DNA from: Planctomycetota bacterium
Lineage (GTDB): Bacteria; Planctomycetota; UBA8108; SXIK01
Direction of reading: 5' to 3'
Length of the DNA stretch: 64,000 nucleotides
NCBI GenBank assembly: GCA_965223265.1
Contig: OZ244999.1
Span: 4,352,001-4,416,000 of the forward strand
A program made the position numbers and the translations under genes. Every line of letters begins with the position of its first letter. Positions within the stretch are counted from its first letter, which is position 1. Below the pieces are notes generated by a model, which made no database searches, was not told the DNA's origin, and worked only from the letters and a program-made list of their open reading frames with translations. This document shows, piece after piece, positions 38,000 through 48,923 of this stretch.

Positions 38000-39493
38000 A
38001 TGCTCAAAGCGGATTCTTCGTCCCGACGGCTTCTCACCTTCGCCCTCACGCTCATCCTGTGCATGCAGCCGCTCGCGGCACGCTCACAAGAGCCCTCCCG
38101 GTCGAGTTCCGCGCCCAACCCAGCAGCTACGCCGAAGGAGGCTGCTCCCGGCGGCGAAAATGGCACCGCAGCGGATGACGAAAATGGGCCGACGCCAGCG
38201 AGGCCAACGATTTCTGTCCGTGTCGAGCACACCAGCGGGAGTGAACTCTTGACCGGAAACGACGGACAGGAGCTGAGACTCGTCACCTCGAGCGGTGGAC
38301 AACCTGCTCGCCTCGAGTTCGGCAGTAAGCGCTGGCAGCTCGCCGACATCTCCTACGTCAGATGGCTACAGCCCGCGGCGCGCGCGCTCAAAGCCAAAGA
38401 CTGGCTGCTCGTTCTCAAGGGTGGCGACGTGGTGCGCTGCCAGGTCGAAAGCGGCGACGGCGATCAGATCAAGGTTCGCGTCGCCGCTGGCATCCATCCG
38501 GGCGAAATGGTGGTCGGGCTTGAGTCGGTCCAAGCCGTGATCGCAGACGAAGCGATGACCGGCATCCCAGGCCGACTTGAATACGCGCCGGAGGTCCGGG
38601 CCCGCACGCTGCGCCGCGTCCTGGGGATGCGCCCCGGCGACGATGTGGCCCTTCTGCGCGCCTCCGTTTCAGATCCGGCATCCGGCGGCAAACTCGAAGG
38701 TCTCGTCGAATCGATGTCGCCCACGCAGGTGACACTGACGTCCGATCGGCTGGGAAAAATCGAAGTCGAATACGATCGCCTTCTCGCGGTTGTGATCTCT
38801 TCGGACCCCGACGAGGACGCCCCTGACTCGCCGCACCATCGCCTCCGCGCCGCGGGCGAAGCCCAGCTGCAGCTCAGCGATGGGTCGACGCTCTCCGGCC
38901 GCCTCACTGCCATGGGCAGCGGCGAGGTCGGTCTCGAGCATGAGATTCTGGGCGATCTCCGCGTCGACAGCTCAATGATCAATTCGATGGCACTCTTCGG
39001 AGGCCATCTCCGCTACATCTCGGATTTGAAGGTGAGCCGAGCCCTCGAGTTTCCCGGGCCATTCTTCAAGAAGTCGAAACGCTACGCGTTCAAACGAGAT
39101 TTCAGCGTCTTCTTCGGCCCGCTACGGCTGCAGAATCGTGTTTATCGAAAGGGGCTGGGCGTCCATTCGTTCTCGCAGCTCGACTTCGATCTCGAGGCGT
39201 CTGACGAGCTGTTTCTTGCCACCATCGGCATCGACGACAGCGCTCGTCCCGTCGATCCCCGATTGGCCGAACAAGGTGTCGCCGAGGTTGTGTTCCGAGT
39301 CAAGGTCGACGGCGAGCAGCGCTTCGAGAAGCGACAGTCCTGGCGCGACGAACCCGCTGACGTCGAAGTGGACGTTCGCGGCGGCAAGAAACTGACCCTC
39401 GAGGTCGACTTCGGTGGCCCCGCCGGCACGATGAACTCAGCTCTCGGTCGTGCCAACTGGGCGGAGGCGCGACTCGTGAAAGCGGCGAAATGA
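38000..39493 (+). CDS. Exported protein with C-terminal NPCBM/NEW2 domain
   Basis: Signal peptide; C-terminal YRKGLGVHS..FLATIGIDD..VVFRVKVDG..KLTLEVDFG..ANWAEARL. Confidence 0.8.
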   Translation: MLKADSSSRRLLTFALTLILCMQPLAARSQEPSRSSSAPNPAATPKEAAPGGENGTAADDENGPTPARPTISVRVEHTSGSELLTGNDGQELRLVTSSGGQPARLEFGSKRWQLADISYVRWLQPAARALKAKDWLLVLKGGDVVRCQVESGDGDQIKVRVAAGIHPGEMVVGLESVQAVIADEAMTGIPGRLEYAPEVRARTLRRVLGMRPGDDVALLRASVSDPASGGKLEGLVESMSPTQVTLTSDRLGKIEVEYDRLLAVVISSDPDEDAPDSPHHRLRAAGEAQLQLSDGSTLSGRLTAMGSGEVGLEHEILGDLRVDSSMINSMALFGGHLRYISDLKVSRALEFPGPFFKKSKRYAFKRDFSVFFGPLRLQNRVYRKGLGVHSFSQLDFDLEASDELFLATIGIDDSARPVDPRLAEQGVAEVVFRVKVDGEQRFEKRQSWRDEPADVEVDVRGGKKLTLEVDFGGPAGTMNSALGRANWAEARLVKAAK

Positions 39494-39595
39494 TTCTCCG
39501 CATCGGGTTCTGCTCGGCGGGTCTGCCGACGGCGTCGTGGCCACCCGACTGGCACGGAGTTCCCACCTTGCCGCGCCAACTGAAAGGATCGCCTC

Positions 39596-42500
39596 ATGCA
39601 TGCTCGTAACCTGCTCGCTCTCGCACTGGTTGCCATGCTGCCTTGCGATGCAATTGGTCAGGCGCAGCCATCAGCCGCGGCAGCAGGCTTTCTGCGAGCC
39701 GAGGCAAGACTCGCCCAGGGCGACTCTAAGGAAGCCATCGACGCATACCGCCAGGCCCTGGCGGCCGCAGCACTTGCCGCCGCGCCTGACGCGCTGCTCA
39801 TCGCAGAAATCGAGCTGGCGATCCATCGCCTCTTCGAGCTCGGACTGATTTACGGCGACGCTCGCGACGATCTCGCGGCGTTGAGAGTGTGGTCAGAGAC
39901 CTCCGCCGAACCGCGCCTTGCCGCCTTAGCAAAACGGCGCCTCGCAATCACCTTGGCACGCCTCGGTAGGCCCATTGAGGATGTTCGCAGCGTGCTCGCT
40001 CCACTCCTCTACTTGGAGCGCTATCGCGTCATCGGTCCGTTCGACAACGAACGCGGCGGCGGCTTCAAAACGCCGTACACGCCGGAAGAAGAGATCGACC
40101 TCGCGGCCTCTTACAGCGGCAAGACCCGTAGCGTCGCGTGGCGTGAGCTGCCGGTCACCCCCGTCGTCGGGGCCATCGAGCTCTCAGCGCTCTTTGACCC
40201 TGACTCAGAGGCGGTCGTCTACGCCCTCACCTACGTCCACTCGGAGCGCGCCCAACCTGCGGCTCTGCAGCTGGGAACGAAAGACGCCTACCGCGCCTGG
40301 GTCAACGGCCATGAGGTCGCGTCGAAAGACGTGAGGCGCCCGTTCCGCCACTCCCAGGACTCGATCGGCATCTGGCTCGAGGAGGGATGGAATCGCGTTC
40401 TCTTCAAGCTCGCGCACGGAAAAGGTCGATGGGTGTTCGCAGCCAGACTCAGTCGTCCTGACGGCAGCCCGCTTCTCGGCGTCCACGAAGGCTTTCCTCA
40501 AGTGGACGAGACGGCCGTGGCAACGCCCTCGCAGGAGCGAGAAACGCCGCTGGTAACGAAAAACGCGCTCGAGGCGCTCACGACGCTCGCGAGCAACGAC
40601 ACGAAAAACGGTCGCGCAGCATATTTGCTGGGGACGCTCCTGCGCCTGCGGCGGGCTCATGACGACGGTGAACACCCTGACACAGAGTGGCTCAAACGAG
40701 CCGTGCAGATCGATCCGAAGAGCGCGATGTTCCACCTCGAGCTCGCGGCAAGCTATCGACGCGAGGCGACGATTGCTGCGCAGCGCGACGAAAACGACTG
40801 GCGGCGTGCGACAGAAGCCGCCGCTGATCTCGGCGCCGCCCTCGCCGCGTATCGTTTGGCCGAGTACTACGAGCGTCAGTTCGGCAACCATGAACGCGCA
40901 CTCCACTATCTCGACATGGCAGAGAGTTCCAACCTGCACTATGAGGAAGCGGCGTTGCTGCGCGGCTCCATCGATGCGGCGCGAAGGTTTCCACGCGCCG
41001 CCGAACGCACCAACGCGAAACTTCGAAAGCTTCCCGCCCTCTCTGTAGCATCGCGACTAAGACTCGCTCAGTCGGATGTGGCCCGCGGTCGGCTCGCAGC
41101 CGCGATCGAAAGCACCGCGGCGATCGTCGATGCCGACCAGCTGCAACTCAACGCCGTCAGCCGACTCGCGAAGTGGCTGCTGGCCTCGGCTCAATTGGAA
41201 GCCGCAGTCGAGGTTGAGAAAAGGTCGCTCGCATTGCGCCCATTCGACATCGAGGGCTTACGAAGAATTGCCAGCGCTTTCATCGGTCGCGATCGCCACT
41301 CCGAAGCGCTCGACACCATCGAAGCGGCCCTCCGAATCCGCCCGACCGATCACAAGCTCCACGAAACGAAAGGCTTGATTCTCCGGCGGCTTGGCGCGCG
41401 CGACGCCGCCCTCGCCAGCTTCGATGAGGCCCTGCGCCTACAGCCCAACCTACCCCGCGTGCGCGAGTACGTCGAGTTCCTGCGGAATCGACCCGACGAA
41501 TTCGCCTCCCGTTTTCGCCGCGATACCAGCGCGCTCATCGCGGCCGCACGTGAGGCGGCTCGTAGCGGTTCGTTGCCGGCCGAGGACGTAGGACCTGCTC
41601 GAATCCTGCTCGAGCTCAACGCGGTCGACATCAACATCGACGGCACTGCTAAGGAGTTCGCGCACGTCGTCACTCAAGTCCTCAACGATCAAGGAATCCG
41701 CCTTTATGACCAGTTCAGCGCCGGGTATGCCGGTGGCGAGGAGTCTCTGGAGTTCAAGAAGGCCACAGTGCACCACGCCGACGGCTCGGTGAGCGAAGCG
41801 CGGCTGCGCCGATTCGGCGGCGACGGCGGTAGGAGCGACGGCGGGTACCGCCGCGGCAGCGTGGATTTGCCTCCCGTCGCACGCGGCGACGTGATCGAAG
41901 TCGAGTTCGTTCGTGAGGATCTGAAACAGAGCTTCTTCGGCGACTACTTCGGTCGCCGCGAAGTCTTTCAGCGTCAAGTCGATATCAGCGAAAAGACCTT
42001 CATCCTCGAACTACCGTCGTCGAGAAGCGTGACGTTCCACAAGCGCAACTTCACGGTCGAGCCTGAGTTTGAGGCTGGCGAGCGGGACGACGTCCAGACG
42101 TACCGCTGGACACTCCGCGACGTAGAGAAGCTCGACGCCGAGCCCGGACAACCACCGACGACGGAAGTCAGTCCGGTTCTCGAGATTTCGACGTTCGCCG
42201 ATTGGCACGCGTTCGGTTCGTGGTACTGGAACTTGATCCGCAAGCAATTCGAGTCGAGTCCGGAAATTCGGCGCCAAGTCCGCGAGCTCACTAGCGGCCT
42301 TGACGACGACCTCGACAAGGTCCGCGCCATCTACAACTACGTCACTACTGAGGTTCGCTATAACGCGTGGGAGTTCGGCGTACATGGATTCAAGCCCTAC
42401 AACGCTGCCACGATCTTTGCGCGCAAGTTCGGCGACTGCAAAGACAAGTCGACACTCATCAGCGTCATGCTCAACGAGATCGGAATCGACTCCCACCCGG

Positions 42501-43384
42501 TGCTCATTCGCGGCACGCAAGGTCGCGGCAACGAAGACCTGACGTTGCCTCTCGTCAACCACTTCAATCACTGCATCACGCACGTCCCGGCCGCGGACGG
42601 CCGTCCAGAGCTTTATCTGGACGGAACCGCGGCGCACCACCGGCTCGAGGAACTTCCATCGATGGATCGCGGTGCCAAAGTCTTCGTCGTCACCCCGGAC
42701 GGCGGTGAGATCAAACAGGTTGCGTGGAACACGCCGGGCGACATCGCTCTGGTCGAATCGACAACGGTCGCGATCGCCGACGATCTCAGCTCGCTCGTGG
42801 ACGTGCGCATCGAGGCGAGTGGTGACTACTCTGTCTACGTCCGCCAAGCTTTTGAACGTGATGCCCAGCGGACGCGTGAGCTCGAGAGAATCTTCTCGCG
42901 CCGGTTCGTCTCGCCGACGGTTGAGACACATAATTTCTCGCGGCTCGACGACCTCAACCTACCGGTCCACTTCGATGCACGGCTGCGCATCCCAACGTAC
43001 GTCGTCGAAACGCCGGAGGGGTGGGCCCTGCCGCCGGCGCGCGATTTCTTTTCCACTAGCGAGCAATTGACGGCGCTCGGCGCCCTCGAAGAACGGCGCT
43101 TTGACGTACTCCTCGGGAATCCACGTCGCTCACTCCTGCGCACCGTCTATTCACTGCCAGATCGCTTTACGGTGAAGTCGCTGCCTGAGTCGACGGAGCA
43201 GGTGACAGAATTCGCCCGTCTCAAAGTCTCGTATTCGTCTCCACAGCCTGACGAAATTGTTCTCGAGCGTGTGATCGAAATCCTGCAGCCGCGCGTGAAA
43301 CTCGACTCGTACGCGAAGTTCCGGCAGTTCACGGCGACGCTGCAGCGACTACAGGAGGAACGAGTGCTTCTCGACCGATCGTAG
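39596..43384 (+). CDS. Exported TPR + DUF3857 + transglutaminase-like protein (intact triad)
   Basis: Signal peptide; VIGPFDN beta domain; TPRs; GDVIE (DUF3857); VRY, GDCKDKS (Cys), FNHCI (His), YLDGT (Asp). Confidence 0.85.
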   Translation: MHARNLLALALVAMLPCDAIGQAQPSAAAAGFLRAEARLAQGDSKEAIDAYRQALAAAALAAAPDALLIAEIELAIHRLFELGLIYGDARDDLAALRVWSETSAEPRLAALAKRRLAITLARLGRPIEDVRSVLAPLLYLERYRVIGPFDNERGGGFKTPYTPEEEIDLAASYSGKTRSVAWRELPVTPVVGAIELSALFDPDSEAVVYALTYVHSERAQPAALQLGTKDAYRAWVNGHEVASKDVRRPFRHSQDSIGIWLEEGWNRVLFKLAHGKGRWVFAARLSRPDGSPLLGVHEGFPQVDETAVATPSQERETPLVTKNALEALTTLASNDTKNGRAAYLLGTLLRLRRAHDDGEHPDTEWLKRAVQIDPKSAMFHLELAASYRREATIAAQRDENDWRRATEAAADLGAALAAYRLAEYYERQFGNHERALHYLDMAESSNLHYEEAALLRGSIDAARRFPRAAERTNAKLRKLPALSVASRLRLAQSDVARGRLAAAIESTAAIVDADQLQLNAVSRLAKWLLASAQLEAAVEVEKRSLALRPFDIEGLRRIASAFIGRDRHSEALDTIEAALRIRPTDHKLHETKGLILRRLGARDAALASFDEALRLQPNLPRVREYVEFLRNRPDEFASRFRRDTSALIAAAREAARSGSLPAEDVGPARILLELNAVDINIDGTAKEFAHVVTQVLNDQGIRLYDQFSAGYAGGEESLEFKKATVHHADGSVSEARLRRFGGDGGRSDGGYRRGSVDLPPVARGDVIEVEFVREDLKQSFFGDYFGRREVFQRQVDISEKTFILELPSSRSVTFHKRNFTVEPEFEAGERDDVQTYRWTLRDVEKLDAEPGQPPTTEVSPVLEISTFADWHAFGSWYWNLIRKQFESSPEIRRQVRELTSGLDDDLDKVRAIYNYVTTEVRYNAWEFGVHGFKPYNAATIFARKFGDCKDKSTLISVMLNEIGIDSHPVLIRGTQGRGNEDLTLPLVNHFNHCITHVPAADGRPELYLDGTAAHHRLEELPSMDRGAKVFVVTPDGGEIKQVAWNTPGDIALVESTTVAIADDLSSLVDVRIEASGDYSVYVRQAFERDAQRTRELERIFSRRFVSPTVETHNFSRLDDLNLPVHFDARLRIPTYVVETPEGWALPPARDFFSTSEQLTALGALEERRFDVLLGNPRRSLLRTVYSLPDRFTVKSLPESTEQVTEFARLKVSYSSPQPDEIVLERVIEILQPRVKLDSYAKFRQFTATLQRLQEERVLLDRS

Positions 43385-43479
43385 TTTCCAGTCTGAACAC
43401 CTCGGGGCGCTGCCATTGAGTGCAGGTTGTGATGAGAGATCTCGATAAACAAGAAGATCCCAACCGAGAGTAGGAGCAC

Positions 43480-46400
43480 ATGAAAATAGGACGCAACTGG
43501 AAGCCAAGTGACGCCACGTCGCATCGACGGTGGATCAGCGTCGCTCGCGTTTCCTATTTCCCGCGCTCCGCGACGGTCACGATGGGCGTCGCCACGCTGC
43601 TGGGTGCGCTTCTCGGCTCACGTGGCATGGCACAGCCAGCTGCGGCGACGCAACCGCAAACGGCTCGCCGCTCGGCCCCAGACGCATCACACGGCAGAAA
43701 CGGCCTGCGTCACGATCTCGATCGCGAAAGCATTGAACTCGCCGTACGCAGCGAAGAGGAGCGACGCGGCGACTATGATGCCTTGTCGGAACAGTGGCTG
43801 CAGCGCCTCAGTCAAACGAATGACGTCTCCGCTGAGCTCATCGCTATGCGGCTCAGCGAGGTGCATCGCTTCCTCCGTGAGCCAACCGCAACGCTCACGA
43901 GTGCAGAAAAGGCTCTCGGCAACGATCGCCTGGACGGCTGGACACGCCACGCACTCGAAAACTACGCCATCCGTCTCTACGAAAGAGCCGGCGCATTCGA
44001 TCGCGCCGCATCTCTAGCAGCAGGCCAAGGCTTTCTGCGACACTGGCAGCTGATCGGGCCTTTCGCGAAGGGCCGATCGATCCTCCTTGACGAACCGTTC
44101 CCCCCTGAAAGCATCTTCGACCCCGGAGCCACCTACGACGCCGGTTGGCAAAAGCTCACGTGGCGTTCGTTGACACTGCCTGCGCAAGCGCCGACGGTGC
44201 GCCCAGCAGCACGCAGTTTTCCGTCGAACGGCGTCTTCTACGCGGCGACCCACGTGCGCGCCGCGCAAGCGGTGGAAGTGATCGTCGTACGCACATCGGC
44301 ACTCGATTTACGTCTTTGGATCGATGGCGAGCTCATAGCTGACGACAACGTCAATGCCGCGTTTCTACCGCGCCGCCGGTTGACCAGGGTGACGCTTCAC
44401 CCAGGAACGCACCGCATCTTGGTGAAGGCCCTCGGTTCCTTCTCGGTACGACTGACCGACGGCGACGGCGCAGCGATCGACAATTCCCTGCTCGCAGCGG
44501 AGGAAGCAGGAGCGCCAGCGGGTACGGCCCTTGCCGGCCTCGCGACGGCACCGCAGCCCGTGTCCCTTCTGGGGCGCTGGCAGGCCGACAGCAAGACAGC
44601 GAGCGACGCACAACCGCCCGCAGACGAAGCAGCCGCGGCTACGGAAACCACGAGTGCCGGCGACGCGCAAATTGCGTTCGCCCTCGCGGCGCTGAAGGAG
44701 AGTCGCTACGACCTTGCCGTCGAAGCGGCTGACCTCGCGATCGCGGCTCAACCCGACGACCCGGCAACACTCTACCACGCCGCTAGCGTCTACCGTTACT
44801 CGCGCTACCTGCCCTCAACTGTTGCCAAAAACCGCGCCGAGTCCGCGTTCAAAAAGTGCCTCGAGGTCGATCCGCAGTTCATTCCCGCCTACGAACGTGT
44901 CGCGCGCTACCTCGAGCAGGACAAGAACTTCGGACCGGCAGCCGAGACGATGAAGTCGGGTCTTGCGCTGGCACCAAGTTTCCTCCGCGGCCTGCTGCGA
45001 CTCAAGACAACCTACGCACAGGCGAGCTGGCGAGAAGAAGAAATCGAAACCGTGCGGCAAATCGAGGCGGTGGCGCCCCACCACCCGTCGGCGCCTCTGT
45101 TTTGGGGAGCGTACTATCGCGAGCTGAACAACCTGCAGGCGGCGCAGCAGCACCTCGCTCGGGCGCTGGACATTCATCCGGCGCGAACGGCAACACTCTC
45201 GAGCCTAGCCTCGCTGGCGCGCAGCGCCGGCGACATCGACGCCGCCGAGGGATACCTACGTCGTCGCCTCGAGATTCGTCCCGCCAGCGTCGAGGCAGCT
45301 GAAGAACTCGCCACGTTTCTCGCACGTCAGGAGCGCTACGACGAGGCGCTCGAGGCAACGTCGACACTTGCTGAACTCGAGCCGCAAGAGCCGAAACATG
45401 CGCGACGACGCGGCATGCTTCTCGAAGCGCAGAATCGCATCGAAGAAGCACAGGACGCGTATCGCCATGCGCTGCGCCTCGAGCCAGGAGCCATCGAATT
45501 GGCACGCTACCTCGGTGAGACGCAACCCGCCGGAGACCGCTTTTGGGACGAAAAGGACGAGAATCTCGATGACTGGCTCCCCCGCATTCCAGAGTCGGGG
45601 CCACTGGTCGAAGAGGCGAACGCGCTCGCGATTCTCGACATCAGCATCACACGCCTCGAACGTGACGGTTCTTCGTCGGAGTACGTCCACCAAGCTTTCA
45701 AGGTCCTCAGTGAGGAAGCCAAAAAAGAGCTCGCCGAGATCGAGACGCCAGGAGAAGTCGTCCTCCTACGGACAATCGCCCCGGACGGTGAGATTCTCGA
45801 ACCAGTCCCGGCGCTGGGCAAATCCGCGTATGTCATGCCAGGAGTTGTCCCCGGCGCGATCGTTGAGTTCGCCTACCGCGTCGATCGTGCGCATCAGCAA
45901 GGCCGCCCGCTCGACATGCGTCGATTCTATTTTCAGGATCCGTCGATGCGTCAGGCGTTTCTCCTGAGTCGTTACGTGATTCAGATCGCGCCAGGAGTCG
46001 ACGTCAGCTTCGACGAGCGCCAACTCAGCAGCAAAGACGACGGTGAAGCACTGCTGGCGAATGTCTCAAAGGACGTCGCGGAAGCTGCGGACGGCTCGCG
46101 CGTCGTCACGTACGAGGCTGCCAACGTGCCGCGACTCCAGCCAGAACGCATGCAGCCCGCATCGAGCGAATTGATCCCAAACGTCGCGATCAAGTCAAAA
46201 CGCACATGGGGTCACGTCGCGGCCGCACTGACTCGGAGCAATGAGGGCAGCAGCCGCGCGACGAGTGAGCTAAGAGAGCTCGCTCGTGAACTCGTCGCGG
46301 ACCATAGCACTGCCACCGGTAAGGCCCGTGCGATTTACGACTACGTGCGCCAAGAAATCCCGGCGGCTCAAGGTGGGAACACCGCTGCCGCTGTGTTTTT

Positions 46401-47382
46401 CGAGCGCGCCGGGGATCGCGACGCTCTGCTGAAGGCTTTGTACGACCTCGCCGGCGTAGCGTGCGATTGGGCCTTCCTGCGGCAGAACGAGGCGACGATG
46501 GCAGCGACGAACTGGAGCTTGCCCAGCGAGAATTTCTTTCAACACCGCATGCTCGCAGTCGATCTCGACGATGGCGAGGGAACCCACTTCGTGTCTCTTC
46601 GGAGCAGCCGATCGTTGCCGTTTGGATTCGTGCCGCGCGGCTTTCATGGCGGCAAAGCTCTCGTCCTCACGCCCGGAGCGCAGCGGATCGTCGCGATTGC
46701 GGCGTCGAATCCGACATCGTCGTCGAACTCGACGCACGTGTTCGTGCAACTCACCGATGGAGTCGACGGCGATGTCACTCTGGAGATGAACCTGCGCGAT
46801 GCAGCCAACCGTGCTAACAAGGATCGACTCAAGCCAGCGCCGGCGTTCCAGAAGAAAGTCGTCCTGCAGCGGCTCGTCAGCGGCTTGTTTCCAGGCGCCC
46901 AGGTTGACTCCGCTTCATTCGAAGGTCTGGACGATATCGAAGCGCCCATGCAAATTCGAGCGCGTCTGACAGCCCCGAAGATACTGCGACCGGTCGACGA
47001 CAAATTCACTTTTCGCCCGTTTGTTCGTCCTTCTTCTTTGGTTCGAACATTCGGCGACAAAGGAGACCGGCGGCTGCCTTGCCACTTCCGCAGCTCCGGC
47101 GTCGTCGTTCGCGACGAAGTCCGCGTCAAGTTGTCACCCGTCTATCGCGTTGACCAGCTACCCCGTCACGTCGTCCTTCTGTCCGCGCTGGGCGACTACT
47201 CGCTGACTGTACGGCAGAGCGCGGACGAGATTCACCTGGAGCGCTCGATGAATCTCTCGCCAGGGAGGCTGGCGGCACACGAGTATGCCGAGTTTCTCGA
47301 ATTCTGCCGCCAAGTCGATTTGTCTGGCGCGGAGAACATCGTTTTGCGACAGCGAACACCGAACGCGGAGTCAGGCGACTAA
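43480..47382 (+). CDS. Exported TPR + DUF3857 + degenerate transglutaminase-like protein
   Basis: Same architecture as the upstream gene (LIGPF, TPRs, GAIVEFAY, ARAIYDYVR), but GDRDA replaces GDCKD. Confidence 0.8.
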   Translation: MKIGRNWKPSDATSHRRWISVARVSYFPRSATVTMGVATLLGALLGSRGMAQPAAATQPQTARRSAPDASHGRNGLRHDLDRESIELAVRSEEERRGDYDALSEQWLQRLSQTNDVSAELIAMRLSEVHRFLREPTATLTSAEKALGNDRLDGWTRHALENYAIRLYERAGAFDRAASLAAGQGFLRHWQLIGPFAKGRSILLDEPFPPESIFDPGATYDAGWQKLTWRSLTLPAQAPTVRPAARSFPSNGVFYAATHVRAAQAVEVIVVRTSALDLRLWIDGELIADDNVNAAFLPRRRLTRVTLHPGTHRILVKALGSFSVRLTDGDGAAIDNSLLAAEEAGAPAGTALAGLATAPQPVSLLGRWQADSKTASDAQPPADEAAAATETTSAGDAQIAFALAALKESRYDLAVEAADLAIAAQPDDPATLYHAASVYRYSRYLPSTVAKNRAESAFKKCLEVDPQFIPAYERVARYLEQDKNFGPAAETMKSGLALAPSFLRGLLRLKTTYAQASWREEEIETVRQIEAVAPHHPSAPLFWGAYYRELNNLQAAQQHLARALDIHPARTATLSSLASLARSAGDIDAAEGYLRRRLEIRPASVEAAEELATFLARQERYDEALEATSTLAELEPQEPKHARRRGMLLEAQNRIEEAQDAYRHALRLEPGAIELARYLGETQPAGDRFWDEKDENLDDWLPRIPESGPLVEEANALAILDISITRLERDGSSSEYVHQAFKVLSEEAKKELAEIETPGEVVLLRTIAPDGEILEPVPALGKSAYVMPGVVPGAIVEFAYRVDRAHQQGRPLDMRRFYFQDPSMRQAFLLSRYVIQIAPGVDVSFDERQLSSKDDGEALLANVSKDVAEAADGSRVVTYEAANVPRLQPERMQPASSELIPNVAIKSKRTWGHVAAALTRSNEGSSRATSELRELARELVADHSTATGKARAIYDYVRQEIPAAQGGNTAAAVFFERAGDRDALLKALYDLAGVACDWAFLRQNEATMAATNWSLPSENFFQHRMLAVDLDDGEGTHFVSLRSSRSLPFGFVPRGFHGGKALVLTPGAQRIVAIAASNPTSSSNSTHVFVQLTDGVDGDVTLEMNLRDAANRANKDRLKPAPAFQKKVVLQRLVSGLFPGAQVDSASFEGLDDIEAPMQIRARLTAPKILRPVDDKFTFRPFVRPSSLVRTFGDKGDRRLPCHFRSSGVVVRDEVRVKLSPVYRVDQLPRHVVLLSALGDYSLTVRQSADEIHLERSMNLSPGRLAAHEYAEFLEFCRQVDLSGAENIVLRQRTPNAESGD

Positions 47383-47466
47383 CGCCTCCGCCACAGTTGG
47401 TATGACGCAGCCGCAACCCAGCCGCACACGGAACGGACGGTCTGTGGCGTACTCGCGCGTCCTGAA

Positions 47467-47874
47467 TCACCCCTGAGGCCAGAGCACCGACACGGTGGTG
47501 TGGATGCCACCACGCGCACCGAATTGCCCAGTGACCGTCAGTTGACGCGGCTTCAAGAGCGCTGCGAGGTCGTCCCGAACGCGATTCACGACATGCTCAT
47601 GGAAGATACCGACGTCGCGAAACGCCACGAAGTAGAGCTTCAGCGACTTGAGCTCGATGCATAGCTTGTCCGGTACGTACTCGATCGACAATGTCGCAAA
47701 GTCGGGCAAACCCGTCTTCGGACAGACGCACGTGAATTCCGGCACTTCGATGCGGATCGTATAGTCTCGATCCGAGTATTGGTTTTCCCACGTATCGAGT
47801 GCGGGCAGGTCGAATCGCCTCACGTCGTTTTGCAGGGCGTCATATCCGCCGCCGGTCAAGTCGTCTCGGGACAA
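47467..47874 (-). CDS. queF: NADPH-dependent preQ0 reductase (type I)
   Basis: [32 protein letters not shown]; TTG start after a GGAGG SD. Confidence 0.95.
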   Translation of the reverse strand: MSRDDLTGGGYDALQNDVRRFDLPALDTWENQYSDRDYTIRIEVPEFTCVCPKTGLPDFATLSIEYVPDKLCIELKSLKLYFVAFRDVGIFHEHVVNRVRDDLAALLKPRQLTVTGQFGARGGIHTTVSVLWPQG

Positions 47875-48166
47875 TGAGCACCTCCGTCGCTGCTCCGAAT
47901 GCACGGGCGTAGCCCCCTGAGCCTCGCTCCAGGCAGAGGCGCGCCGCAGCCTTCACACAATCTTCACGATCGCAACACCTGCGCCACCACTTGCGATCAT
48001 GGCAGTGATCATTTAGCCTCAGAGGTTTTGGTTCCACCTCTTTCTCGTAAGAACGATCCGACTTGAGATCACTGGCCCGTTCGTCGCCCGCCGGCTGGTC
48101 AAGGATCGCCTTACCAAAGCGGTGCGACGACTACTCTTGAAGACTGATCGAGCGGGGTGCACCACC

Positions 48167-48814
48167 TTGGAGCGCAGCGTTGATTTCCAACTCGTCCTCT
48201 GCGGCACGGACCCCGAAGTCATCGACGCATACCACTGGCAGTTCGATGATCGACCCGAGGCCCAAATTGCGCAGGAGGACGTTTTGGACGCGACCGCGGA
48301 CGCGTTCATTCTGCCGGGAAACTCCTTCGGCTTCCTCGACAGCGGGCTAGCGCTCCGCGTCTCCGAGCGCCACGGTCTCGAGATCCAGGACCGTCTCCGA
48401 GCGCGCATCCGGGATGAATTCGCCGGCGAACTCCTCGTCGGGCAAGCGCTGCTAGAAACCACCCCTTCCGGCCAACACCTGGTGTACGCCCCGATCTGGC
48501 GCACGCCGAGACCGATCCGCGACCAGGTCAACGTCTACCTCGCAGTCCGAGGGGCGTTTCAATTGCTCAGCCGCGAGTCGGGCGACGCGGGCGGTGTGGG
48601 AGCGATCCGCACCGTCGCAGTTCCCCCCATCGGGGTCGAGCCACCGGGCGAGGTCAAGCCAGCCGTCTCGGCACGTCAGATGCGCTACGGTTTCAACGTC
48701 GGCTGCGGACGGCGGAGCCCGGCAGCGAAGAATCTCACTCGGCTGGTCCGGCGGGAACGGAAACTCTTGAAGGTACCGCGCTCGCTCACCACGGACGAGG
48801 AAGACGAGAATTGA
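48167..48814 (+). CDS. Macrodomain protein (Appr-1''-p processing family)
   Basis: DAFILPGNSFGFLDSG, GELLVGQA, LVYAP, NVYLA.RGA, VAVP, SARQM. Start approximate. Confidence 0.8.
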   Translation: MERSVDFQLVLCGTDPEVIDAYHWQFDDRPEAQIAQEDVLDATADAFILPGNSFGFLDSGLALRVSERHGLEIQDRLRARIRDEFAGELLVGQALLETTPSGQHLVYAPIWRTPRPIRDQVNVYLAVRGAFQLLSRESGDAGGVGAIRTVAVPPIGVEPPGEVKPAVSARQMRYGFNVGCGRRSPAAKNLTRLVRRERKLLKVPRSLTTDEEDEN

Positions 48815-48923
48815 TTGATCGGTCCCGGTCTCGTCACCTCGCCGCGCGTAGCAGATCCAAGCTGACAAAGTCCCAGCGCGAAGCGTAGAATGTCGGCCAA
48901 CACGCTTCACAACGAGGAGAGCT

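Noticed and set aside
48021-48041. preQ1-I riboswitch-like hairpin AGAGG..CCTCT upstream of queF
   Set aside because: The better loop match is on the strand opposite queF, and neither strand has the required A-rich 3' tail.
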